The translations under genes and the position numbers were made by a program. This document shows, piece after piece, positions 26,543 through 35,851 of a DNA stretch of 56,531 bases; position 1 is the stretch's first letter, and each line of letters opens with the position of its first letter. The stretch lies in sequence record SRR20825006_915. One strand, written 5' to 3'. Below the pieces are notes generated by a model, which had not been told where the DNA came from, did not search any database, and saw only the letters and a list, made by a program, of their open reading frames with translations.

Positions 26543-29500
26543 CTATTTGATAAGTGCAAATCTTCCAATTTTTTCGCCAATCCCAGGAGCTTTCACATGG
26601 TAGATGTACACTCCAAATGCTACATCTAAACCATCATCACTTTTTAAATCCCAAGATTCTAAGCTTTGATACTCGCTACTGTTGTGCTCTATGGTTTTTA
26701 CAAGCCGTCCGCTCATAGTGAAAACCTGAATAGTGCATTGTTGAGGTAAATTTCTAAAATCGATTCTACGCTCTCCTCGTCCTGGTAAAGAAGTGTTGCG
26801 AGGCTCAAGTGGGTTAACTACGATATACGGATCTGGAGCTACGTAAATACTGTCCAAAGATGACTTCTGAATTTGCTCTTCAACAATATTTCCAGTCACT
26901 TTAAAACGGTATACATCGTCTCTGTTGAAAGGCTTCGTGGTTTCCATTAGGAGTTTGTCGCCAGAGATGGGCATCTCTTTGCTAAACAACTCGTCTAGCT
27001 CTTCTTTGTATTCCTTCGGAGAGTAGAAAGATGCTATTGCCGCGTTTACGCCGGGTGTGTTTTTAAGAGAATCTTCAACTTCTGCATACCAAGAGTTTAT
27101 CTCATCTAAAAAATCGATTATCTGTCGCCCTTTTAAATCTGCACCGTATTTTCGGGTACCGATATCGCGAACTTGATAGATTGCCAAGGAGTCATATAAT
27201 TCATTTACTTGACTTTTTATGCCATCCAATATTTCAGAATTATTCTCTGAAACACTGAAATTAAATCGCCAGGTAGAGTTCGCATATACTAACCCAAAGG
27301 GTGTATTAACTCCACCTACTTTAACATCAATTTCATCTCCAGGACTTAGTACACCTTTTACTGTATCCTGAGGGAAAATTGGTGTTGCCGCTTCTTTTAA
27401 ACTAAAAGGAAGTTGTTTAGCAGCATTTGGGTAGGTTACATCCCATATACTATAGTTGGTCGCAATTCTTGATGATACTGAAATTGAACTTGAAGTATCT
27501 GCATGAAGCTCACTTACTCTTATTTCGTAATCTCTAGGAACAGCTGTATTCGAGTTGTCCATAGCATTTACGTTAGCAGATAAGCTTGGTTTTCTTGTCC
27601 TTTGAGAATTTGCTTGCCAAGCCACTGATTCTACTTCTGGCTCTAATGGATTATCGATGGCAATTTTCATTCCGTCGTATATCCTTGCATTTAGTATTGG
27701 TGAATCAAAAATAGCAGCGCCCTGATCCGCAGGATTGCTAACCGCGAGAACTTCACCTGTAGTCGTATTCTTGAAAGTAAAGCCTGTGGTTTTTCCAAAA
27801 TCTAGATAAAGCGAATCCATATTCTTATAAGATTCATCATCCGTAAATGAAATCTCATACTCATATCCTTTAGAGTTTGCTGAGTCTGGTATTAGGAAGT
27901 CTACTTGAATATTCCCTGTAGATTTTCCTGAAATTTTTACAATCTCATCATTCTCGATAGTTGGCGGCACATAACCTGTAGCTCGAGCCTGAGGGACCAC
28001 AACTGCAGTGTTTCTATCGATATTCACTGGCCGTTCAAAAGCATCCACTTCAATTATTTTTGAACTTTCTGAAGGAGATATACTCGCCAACGAAGAATAC
28101 TCTGAAATGCCATCCGCGTAGAAGTTTGGTGCATAACCTTGATCTACAGAAGCAACTGCGTAATAATAGGTGCGTCCGTTATCAACATCTTCATCTATGT
28201 AACGATACTCTAATCCAGAATCGGTACCCATATCGTAGCTAATCCCAAAACTACCAATTGGGATTGGATGCGCACCTGTTAGTCCGTTCTTTTTATCAAA
28301 TTGCGCAACGGCTTCCCATAAAAGAGGATTTCCGAAGGCGTCAGTTATGGTTTTTATATCGTTAAATTCAGGATCTGTACTGCGGTAAATTTTGTACATC
28401 TCGAAATCGAAGCCATAAATAGGATCTCTTGAAATCTCTGCACTTTCATCCCAAACTAAAATCACTTTGTTGTCGTCCGGTACTGCGGTTAAGAAAGGGC
28501 GACGTGGTGGTTTTGCAAAATCGTAATCTGCATCGTAGATGTTTTGCATAGTACGTTTGTTACGAAGCATATCATCAAAATCGTTACCACAAAAGAATGC
28601 GATTGAAAAGCGTTGTGATTGATTTTTATTAATAGCTACAGAGCCCGAGCTGTATGCGTAGATTATATCAGCTGTTTCTGTTGGAATGATGAAATCTGAT
28701 TCATCTGAAGGTTGTATATAATCCTGCCAGAACAATTCGTCATCATCGATATCTCTATCAAAATCGGATGGAGTTCTGATTACCATATTGGTCAAGCCAA
28801 TCTGATCAATCTCATCGTTATCCGTGAACTCAAAGTTCGGCTCTCCTCTATCAGGAATACCGTTTGCTTCAGAACCATCAGGGTCAGGTCCTGGATAATT
28901 TTCGTCTTCCGGGCCTACACCATCCGAGCCTTTGTCGTCATTAATTGGCTCAATATCTAGTACACCATTGCCATTGGTGTCTTCGTTTGGATCTAGGATG
29001 AAATTGTTATTAGCATCCTCATTATCGTATTGGCCATTGCCATCAACATCAACCCAAATTCTCCAATCGCCGTCGTTATCAATCCCATCGTTTCGGCTTT
29101 CATCTACCATACCGTCGGCATCGTTATCGATACCATCATTTGAAATCCCAGGGCTTTCAAGGAAGCCAACGCCAGCATACCCAACTTTGAAGCCATTTTG
29201 AACAAGGTTATTCTTATGCCATTGATAAGTGATGTCATCCTTGGTATCAAAAAGTGCGTTATTACTGCCAGTGCTTCCACCGATATCATAATCCACCAAC
29301 ATGGCGATAATCGAGTTATTGATTTCATTACGGCTGACGTTCTTTACATCGAAGGTGGTAACAAAAATATCTTCAGCAAGTACGCTTGTCCATTGATATT
29401 GACGAGCTTCAATTTCAATCCCAATACCTCTTCTTCCGCCATCTTCCCAATCGCGGTTATCTGGCTGACCAGTAGCAGGATCAATAAACGGGTAGTAAGC

Positions 29501-30412
29501 AAATTCGTCATTATCTCGGTCATCTGAGATGTAATAAGATTCCTGATCCGCTCTAATAAATGACCCGTAAGCACCATTCCAGCGCCCAGCTCTAACTCCT
29601 GCGCGGGTTTCACCTACTTGCCGGTCATCACCTGGATATGATTGGGCTGGCCAAAACTCGGGCCATGTTTCAACAACATTCGATTGTGCGTTAAACTCGA
29701 CTTTATTTTCGAGTACCAAATCTAATTCGTTGTTGTTGTTTAGATCTTCGCCGGCGTCAAGTTCACCGTTTCCATTTAAGTCTTCACTTAATCCACCAAC
29801 AAAGTAAAAACCAGCACTTTCTAGTTGCTGGCGATCAGTGGAGTTATCATTAAGTTTATTTGTTGACGATTGATCACCGTACATATTGTAATAGCCAGGA
29901 ACAGGAGTAAAATGATATTTATGGCTACCATCAGGATCAGTATCTCCACCACTTCTGTTATAACTTTCTGATACAATAACGTGATTTTGGCCATCATCAT
30001 CTTGAACTTCAGCACCAACCATATAACTCATGGTATGCCCGTACTCAACACCAGAACCTTTTGGCCAGATAATTCTACTCGGAGATACAAAACTACTCCA
30101 ATATCCTGCTGAGATATTTACGTTAGTTATGTAAGGAACCTGAATTAGGTTACCAGTATGTAACCCTCCACGGGTAAAGTTCTTTAGAGAAAGATTTCCC
30201 GCTCTTTTGGCTTGGCTCTTATTTTTGGCAGAGTTTTTCTCCCAGCTCTCAATGCCTTTTTCATACTTTTCTTGAAGCTTTTCGGCTTCGCGCTCACTTT
30301 TACTTCGCTCCTTAGTTTGGGCATTAACCCAAACTGGAAGCTGTATAAAAAGTAGGAGCAACAGTATTTTATGTAGAGTAAATTTTGATTTTTTCACAAG
30401 ATTTGAGGTCAT
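26543..30412 (-). CDS. Large exported hypothetical protein with Ca-binding DxNxNGxxD loops, FN3-like region and CTD-like C-terminus
   Basis: Signal peptide, repeated EDLNGNGELD / DGIDNDxDG / EDTNGNGVLD loops, NGRTYYYAV, and C-terminal VAPDPY...IFTMSG-like...WDL...GVYIYHV...FALIK. Confidence 0.65.
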   Translation of the reverse strand: MTSNLVKKSKFTLHKILLLLLFIQLPVWVNAQTKERSKSEREAEKLQEKYEKGIESWEKNSAKNKSQAKRAGNLSLKNFTRGGLHTGNLIQVPYITNVNISAGYWSSFVSPSRIIWPKGSGVEYGHTMSYMVGAEVQDDDGQNHVIVSESYNRSGGDTDPDGSHKYHFTPVPGYYNMYGDQSSTNKLNDNSTDRQQLESAGFYFVGGLSEDLNGNGELDAGEDLNNNNELDLVLENKVEFNAQSNVVETWPEFWPAQSYPGDDRQVGETRAGVRAGRWNGAYGSFIRADQESYYISDDRDNDEFAYYPFIDPATGQPDNRDWEDGGRRGIGIEIEARQYQWTSVLAEDIFVTTFDVKNVSRNEINNSIIAMLVDYDIGGSTGSNNALFDTKDDITYQWHKNNLVQNGFKVGYAGVGFLESPGISNDGIDNDADGMVDESRNDGIDNDGDWRIWVDVDGNGQYDNEDANNNFILDPNEDTNGNGVLDIEPINDDKGSDGVGPEDENYPGPDPDGSEANGIPDRGEPNFEFTDNDEIDQIGLTNMVIRTPSDFDRDIDDDELFWQDYIQPSDESDFIIPTETADIIYAYSSGSVAINKNQSQRFSIAFFCGNDFDDMLRNKRTMQNIYDADYDFAKPPRRPFLTAVPDDNKVILVWDESAEISRDPIYGFDFEMYKIYRSTDPEFNDIKTITDAFGNPLLWEAVAQFDKKNGLTGAHPIPIGSFGISYDMGTDSGLEYRYIDEDVDNGRTYYYAVASVDQGYAPNFYADGISEYSSLASISPSESSKIIEVDAFERPVNIDRNTAVVVPQARATGYVPPTIENDEIVKISGKSTGNIQVDFLIPDSANSKGYEYEISFTDDESYKNMDSLYLDFGKTTGFTFKNTTTGEVLAVSNPADQGAAIFDSPILNARIYDGMKIAIDNPLEPEVESVAWQANSQRTRKPSLSANVNAMDNSNTAVPRDYEIRVSELHADTSSSISVSSRIATNYSIWDVTYPNAAKQLPFSLKEAATPIFPQDTVKGVLSPGDEIDVKVGGVNTPFGLVYANSTWRFNFSVSENNSEILDGIKSQVNELYDSLAIYQVRDIGTRKYGADLKGRQIIDFLDEINSWYAEVEDSLKNTPGVNAAIASFYSPKEYKEELDELFSKEMPISGDKLLMETTKPFNRDDVYRFKVTGNIVEEQIQKSSLDSIYVAPDPYIVVNPLEPRNTSLPGRGERRIDFRNLPQQCTIQVFTMSGRLVKTIEHNSSEYQSLESWDLKSDDGLDVAFGVYIYHVKAPGIGEKIGRFALIK

Positions 30413-30416
30413 TCTA

Positions 30417-33317
30417 TTAAAATTTCATCTGTAATGAGAGTAGCACTTGGCGTGGAGCCGAGTACCAAGTTGGACGTGCGTTGTCTTCAGCTTCAGAAAA
30501 CAATCCTACATAGTTGAGTACCGCAGAGCGCTCTAGCTGATCCTCTGGTAAGCGTACAATCTGGTCAGCACTTCCCGATATGCTATTTACTGTACTTTCA
30601 TTTAGATGGTTAAGCAGATTATTTACTTGTAGCCGAAGCATAAGCTGTGTTTTACCAACATTGAGTGCTTTTTCAGCAGTAAAATCGAGCGTTAAGAGAA
30701 GTGGTTTCTTCTCAGTGTTGTCGAAATAACTTTCGGGAAACTCTTTATCTGGATCGATAAAAGCGGGTGTATATGGCTGTCCTGAAGCTATCTGCTGTAC
30801 AAAGCCAACATTCCAGTTTCCAGGAATTCCAATTGTCATATACGCATTTGCCGTTAGCGTTTGATCCCAATTCAGTGGAATAATTCGACGGTCAACAACA
30901 ACATCACCAACTTCGCCGCGGCGGCCAGCAATAAGCACATCGGCAACACTATTTGGGTTGGATGAACTTCCTTGTACATCTTGGTAGGTTATATCTATAC
31001 CTGCTCCATTCAGCAAGCCTCTTGAGTTTGTAAAGAGTGCAATAGTTCCTCCTTTTATGAGGCCATAATCTCTATTCACGGTTCTGTTATAAAGAATACC
31101 ATCAGAGGTGGCTAACACTTCTCTACCAAGTAGATTCCGAACGTTTTTGTAGAACAGGTTGATGTCGATTCCGATAAAATCAGACACCTGTTGTTGCAGA
31201 CCTAATTCGTACTTAATTGTTCGTTCAGGAATCAAGTCTGGATTTCCAACAGTAGTTCCTTCCAACCTTCCTTGGTTAGTATTCGCATCAACAGGGTTTT
31301 GATACAACTGGCTATATGCTGGCATTTGAGTAAAGTGCCCATAAGCAATCCGGAAGGCGCCTCTTGTAGAAATTGGATACGATATTCCAACTCTTGGACT
31401 TAAATACATCTTAGCCTTTGAATCCTCTAAGTTGCTAGCGTCGCCAACCAAAGCCGCTTGTGTACCTGTGTTTACGATATATTTTTCTCTGGTGTCGTAA
31501 TACTCAAAGCGTAATCCGGCTTTAACTACTAAGTTAGAACCCAACTCGAGCTTGTCTTGTGCAAAAGCTGCAAACTCTATAGGAGATTGTTCAAACTCTG
31601 TAGTCTCATTAGTAAGATTCTTAAGGACATCTCTTTCAAGATTTATTGCCTGAAGAGCCGCAAGGTATTCATCAAAATATTCGTAACCACCTGCATTATT
31701 TGGACGTACAACGCCAACAGGTTCCTTTTGAGCATCGCCAGATAAGTACCAACCAATGCCTTCATCTCTTGAGTTAAATCGATTTGAACGAAACTGATAG
31801 CCGGCTTTAATTTCGTTGAAGTAGTTAATCTGCCAAGTAAAATCACCTGAGCTAATAAACTGATCTTCCTCGAAGTACGATCGTCCTAATTCCGTCCCAC
31901 CAAAATAAAATCCAGTAGTTTGATCGGATCCAGAGAAATAAGAGTATCGGCTATCATTAAAATCGGAGTAAGCCATCGAATTATTTCTCGATAACTTATA
32001 CGAGCCTCTCAAATTCAGAACAAAGTTGTTACTAATAGTTTGCTTAATGGAGAATATATTAGTTAACGAATAGCTCTTTGATACTCCTCGTCCATCTGGA
32101 GAGTAACGCTTGCTATCGCTGTAACCTTGACCTTCGCTACTATTATAAATAGCACTATATGTAAGCTTCGTTCGCGTAGATGGTCTATAAACAAACTTTG
32201 GATTTACAGATAACGATTTACGCCAATCCATTGCCACCACTTTGCCGTCACCACTAGCAAATGTAATTGCTTCTCCATTGCTATCTAAGATTTTCTCCCC
32301 TGATGGAGTTTTAGCTGTATCTAGGGCAATGAGCTGTGCATTATCTGGTGCATATACATTTCTATACCAAAATTGATAGGCATCAATTTTTTGCCCATCA
32401 GAAACAGAAAAAATATTCCGTCCTTTTAAATAACCTTCTCGATCTTCGTATCGGGTATTTAGGAAAAAGCCTAATTTTTCAGAATTTTTTCCGATAGGGC
32501 CACTAAGCGTAACAGATAAATCTTTGGATTGAGCTGGGTCTAGTATATTTCCTTGAAGGAATAAATCATCACCTCCAGAGTAGTAACCTCCCGTTCTAAA
32601 CTGGAAGCTTGTTTCCAGTTTCTGAGATGGGTCGCGTGTAGTTACATTTACAACACCAGACTGCGCCCCTCCAACTTCAGCATCAAAGGTTCCTGTTAGC
32701 ACTTGCAGTTCTTGTACAGAACCTATTTCAACATCAATGGTATTACCACCTGATTGCGAATAGATATCCTGAACAGGAATTCCATCTACTATATAAGCGA
32801 CCTCACGAGTTCGACCTCCTCTAAAGCTAAATCCGCCATCCGTTGCAACCACACCCGGTTGAAATTTCACCAAATCACTTACTTCCAGAACAGGGAGGGC
32901 ATCGATTGTTTCTTTTGAAAGAATGGAAACCGATGAAGTCTGGTCAACTTTTACGATGGGCTTTTCGGCTCTAATGATAAGTTCTTCGCCCTGAAAAACT
33001 TCCGAAGCCATAGAAACATTTATAGAAGTTGTTTGGCCAGTGTTTACTTCTACGTGCTCTATAGTTTGTGCAGAAAACCCAATAAATGAGAATCGCATCT
33101 CATATATTCCAGCAGGTACACTCAGAAGTACATAACGACCTTCGCCATCGGTACTAACTCCTTTTTGTATACTTTCTACATATACCGTTATTCCTGCTAG
33201 AGGCTCCCCTGTTTCTGTTTCTGTAACTACTCCAGAAATCTTGCCGTCTTGAGCATTTGCTGTTGCCGAGAAGAGGCTAAACAACAAACAAAAGTTTACT
33301 AATGATAAAATTTTCAC
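30417..33317 (-). CDS. TonB-dependent receptor with N-terminal carboxypeptidase-regulatory-like domain
   Basis: GKISGVV...TGEPL, FRGGRTREVAYIVDGIP, GTFDAEVG, SPRVGISYP and GNPDLIPERT motifs, C-terminal Phe, GTG start. Confidence 0.9.
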   Translation of the reverse strand: MKILSLVNFCLLFSLFSATANAQDGKISGVVTETETGEPLAGITVYVESIQKGVSTDGEGRYVLLSVPAGIYEMRFSFIGFSAQTIEHVEVNTGQTTSINVSMASEVFQGEELIIRAEKPIVKVDQTSSVSILSKETIDALPVLEVSDLVKFQPGVVATDGGFSFRGGRTREVAYIVDGIPVQDIYSQSGGNTIDVEIGSVQELQVLTGTFDAEVGGAQSGVVNVTTRDPSQKLETSFQFRTGGYYSGGDDLFLQGNILDPAQSKDLSVTLSGPIGKNSEKLGFFLNTRYEDREGYLKGRNIFSVSDGQKIDAYQFWYRNVYAPDNAQLIALDTAKTPSGEKILDSNGEAITFASGDGKVVAMDWRKSLSVNPKFVYRPSTRTKLTYSAIYNSSEGQGYSDSKRYSPDGRGVSKSYSLTNIFSIKQTISNNFVLNLRGSYKLSRNNSMAYSDFNDSRYSYFSGSDQTTGFYFGGTELGRSYFEEDQFISSGDFTWQINYFNEIKAGYQFRSNRFNSRDEGIGWYLSGDAQKEPVGVVRPNNAGGYEYFDEYLAALQAINLERDVLKNLTNETTEFEQSPIEFAAFAQDKLELGSNLVVKAGLRFEYYDTREKYIVNTGTQAALVGDASNLEDSKAKMYLSPRVGISYPISTRGAFRIAYGHFTQMPAYSQLYQNPVDANTNQGRLEGTTVGNPDLIPERTIKYELGLQQQVSDFIGIDINLFYKNVRNLLGREVLATSDGILYNRTVNRDYGLIKGGTIALFTNSRGLLNGAGIDITYQDVQGSSSNPNSVADVLIAGRRGEVGDVVVDRRIIPLNWDQTLTANAYMTIGIPGNWNVGFVQQIASGQPYTPAFIDPDKEFPESYFDNTEKKPLLLTLDFTAEKALNVGKTQLMLRLQVNNLLNHLNESTVNSISGSADQIVRLPEDQLERSAVLNYVGLFSEAEDNARPTWYSAPRQVLLSLQMKF

Positions 33318-33365
33318 TCTTTGTATCCGTATTATTTTACTTCGAGTAAAAAAAACGGAAACTGC

Positions 33366-33424
33366 GTTAAGAAAATATTATCTAAAAATTAGCTTTGGTT
33401 TGGGTCGTATTAATAAATTATTAA
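33366..33424 (-). promoter_or_regulatory. Degenerate 11-bp-periodic array upstream of the TonB receptor operon
   Basis: On the minus strand TTAAT (33424), TTAAT (33413), then CTAAT (33392), ATAAT (33381), TTAAC (33370). The background is AT-rich. Confidence 0.3.
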
Positions 33425-33551
33425 TGCATTGTTTCAGTATTAATACAACCTTTATTTAGTGCCTATAAAGCTCTTATTTAATTTATTGACGGATAATTTC
33501 ACCAAAATCATTTGAGCTAAATCAAAGTTAATCATTTTATTTTTTCTCTGA

Positions 33552-34427
33552 TTAATCGTCAATATTCAATTCAAAAGTGACCTCATCTCTTGGTTTGAGC
33601 TGGGCTAGTTTCCATAAGTCTTTATCGAGAACCTTGGCAATTCTTGGATAGCCTCCAATTGTTTGTCCGTCGTTCATTAGCACAATAGGATGTCCGCTAG
33701 AAGGTAGTTGGATAATTCCCGGTATAACCGCTGAAGAAAGCATGTGCTTTTGTGGAATATGTAATGCTTTTCCTGCCAACCGAATTCCCATTCTGTTACT
33801 CTGCGAACTTATACTGAACACTTCGTTCAAAAAATATGATTTCGAATCATCATCTAGCCAATTCCATTCAGGTGCTGTGCTAACCTGAACGTTAACCTTA
33901 TTTGGATAATCTAGTTTTTTTCGATTTAACGGTGATGGTGCATTCGCCTCAACATTTAGATTTAGCCAGTTTAATTCATCACCCGATTTCAAAGCTCTCC
34001 CATCAAAACCGCCAAACCCCCCCATCACATAGGTAGAGTAGCTATCCATAATTTTTTCGATTTCGAAAAGACCTCTGATTCCAATATATGCCCTACAACC
34101 TTTTTTAGCATAATCTAACAGCAGGATGTCATTCGGGTTTACACTAAAAGCTTTCTCTAACTCAACAGGTTCTCCATTCAATGTAGCCTGCATATCAGCA
34201 CCAGTTAATGCTACAGCAGCTGATGTTTCAAACCTATAGCAACCTCCTTTAAGCGTGCACTCTAAAGCTGGTAGATTTTGAGGATTTCCAACTAAAGTGT
34301 TTGCTAGTTGAAATGCTTTTATGTCCATCGCACCAGAAGTTGGGACACCATATTTCCGAAACCCGTGCCGTCCAGCATCTTGAATGGTCGTAAAAATTCC
34401 TCCATCTACAACTGAAAGTTTACCCAT
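33552..34427 (-). CDS. pxpC: 5-oxoprolinase subunit C (KipA-like)
   Basis: TTIQDAGRHG...GVPTSGAMD, SNRMGIRL and DGQTIGGYP motifs. Likely ATG at 34427. Confidence 0.9.
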   Translation of the reverse strand: MGKLSVVDGGIFTTIQDAGRHGFRKYGVPTSGAMDIKAFQLANTLVGNPQNLPALECTLKGGCYRFETSAAVALTGADMQATLNGEPVELEKAFSVNPNDILLLDYAKKGCRAYIGIRGLFEIEKIMDSYSTYVMGGFGGFDGRALKSGDELNWLNLNVEANAPSPLNRKKLDYPNKVNVQVSTAPEWNWLDDDSKSYFLNEVFSISSQSNRMGIRLAGKALHIPQKHMLSSAVIPGIIQLPSSGHPIVLMNDGQTIGGYPRIAKVLDKDLWKLAQLKPRDEVTFELNIDD

Positions 34428-35121
34428 CACTCGCCTCAAGCTCTCTAAATTTTTCTTCCGAAATTTCCTGAAACTCTAGCTTATCCCCTTGTTGAATTGC
34501 TGAAGGAGGTATTTGGTGTACATCAAAGAATGAAAGCGGTGTTCTTCCAATAATTTGCCACCCTCCGGGACTTTCTAACGAATATATTCCTGTTTGCGTA
34601 CCTCCAATCCCTATTGAGCCTTTAGGAATTGCCATTCTTGGCGATTTTTTTCTTGGGCATTTTATTGATTTGTCTAATCCATCAAGAAAAACAAAGCCTG
34701 GAATAAAGCCCATCATTGCTACCGTGTAAGTTTGAGAAACGTGCCGACGGATAATTTCACCCCGTTGCAATCCTGTTTCCCGTTCTACCTCTTCCCAGTC
34801 TAAACCGAGATTGTAGCAAACGGGAACTGTAAATTTTTTAGAGGGAGTTTCTCTCGCTGATTGGTGGGCAAGTTCCTGAAGTTGACTAATTACTTGCTCC
34901 AAATTATGTATAGGCTTCCGAAATATTAGCGCAATTGATTTATAAGCGGGAACTACATCCACCAAATTTTTAAAAAAGGCACCCTCAATTAGTAATACCG
35001 TATTATGAACTGTTGAAAGAGTGTCCCCTTCATCATTCTGAAGTTCCAACAGAATGGAGTTTTCACCAAGTGATGTAACGCCCCAATTTTTATTGTTAAG
35101 CTGCAGCAATTTCGACACCAT
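34420..35121 (-). CDS. pxpB: 5-oxoprolinase subunit B (KipI-like)
   Basis: DVVPAY, VPVCY, GFIPGF and SPGGWQIIGRT motifs. Confidence 0.9.
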   Translation of the reverse strand: MVSKLLQLNNKNWGVTSLGENSILLELQNDEGDTLSTVHNTVLLIEGAFFKNLVDVVPAYKSIALIFRKPIHNLEQVISQLQELAHQSARETPSKKFTVPVCYNLGLDWEEVERETGLQRGEIIRRHVSQTYTVAMMGFIPGFVFLDGLDKSIKCPRKKSPRMAIPKGSIGIGGTQTGIYSLESPGGWQIIGRTPLSFFDVHQIPPSAIQQGDKLEFQEISEEKFRELEASDG

Positions 35122-35851
35122 GTTCTTTTAAAAAGTAACATATCTTTTCGGCTAATTCAGTAGCGCCTTCCGTATCACTATGCAAGCAAACTGTTTCCGC
35201 TTTAATGGGCAGGCAATCGCCAGAATGAGTTTTCACTTTCCCATTTATCACCATAGAGTAAACATGTTCTAGAACTTCTTTCTCTGAGTGAAGAACAGCT
35301 CCCGCTAAGTTTCGGTCTCTCAAACTCAAATCGTTTTCATAAGCTCTATCTGAAAAAACCTCCGCTACAAATTCTAAATTCCCTGATGAAATCACATCTT
35401 CGAAAATGGAACTTGACTGTCCATAAATCAAAGTTTCGAGCCCAAGTTCTTTAGTTGCTTCTAGGATGGAAGTTGCAATTTGGTCATCAACACTAGCCGC
35501 ATTATACAGAGCCCCGTGTGGTTTTATATGATGAAGTTTGCCACCCATTTCATTAAGTATGATTCCGAAGTTATATAGCTGTTCTCTAATTACTCGTGTC
35601 AGTTCATCAGAAGTCATGGGAATTATTCGGCGGCCAAAACCTTCTCGATCAGGAAATGATGGATGTGCTCCAATTGCCACATTATGTTTTAACGCAAGCT
35701 CGATTGTTTTTTTCATGCTGAATTCATCGCCTATATGTCCACCACATGCAATATTACATGAGGAAATAAACGGCATTATCTTTTCATCTCGAGCAAAACC
35801 ATTCTCCGTTTTCCATTCACCCAAATCGCAGTTTAAATCTATGTTCGTCAT
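35096..35851 (-). CDS. pxpA: 5-oxoprolinase subunit A (LamB/YcsF)
   Basis: IDLNCDLGE, NIACGGH, GAHPSFPDREGFGRR, HIKPHGALYN and CLHSD motifs. Confidence 0.92.
   Translation of the reverse strand: MTNIDLNCDLGEWKTENGFARDEKIMPFISSCNIACGGHIGDEFSMKKTIELALKHNVAIGAHPSFPDREGFGRRIIPMTSDELTRVIREQLYNFGIILNEMGGKLHHIKPHGALYNAASVDDQIATSILEATKELGLETLIYGQSSSIFEDVISSGNLEFVAEVFSDRAYENDLSLRDRNLAGAVLHSEKEVLEHVYSMVINGKVKTHSGDCLPIKAETVCLHSDTEGATELAEKICYFLKEHGVEIAAA

Noticed and set aside
28800-29800. Repetitive-looking DNA as a tandem repeat or CRISPR array
   Set aside because: The repeats are degenerate and at the protein level (Ca-binding loops). There are no identical spaced DNA repeats or cas genes.
2824-33317. 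Island as a mobile or recently acquired element
   Set aside because: No integrase, transposase, tRNA or flanking direct repeats were seen, and there is no obvious compositional shift by eye (not computed).
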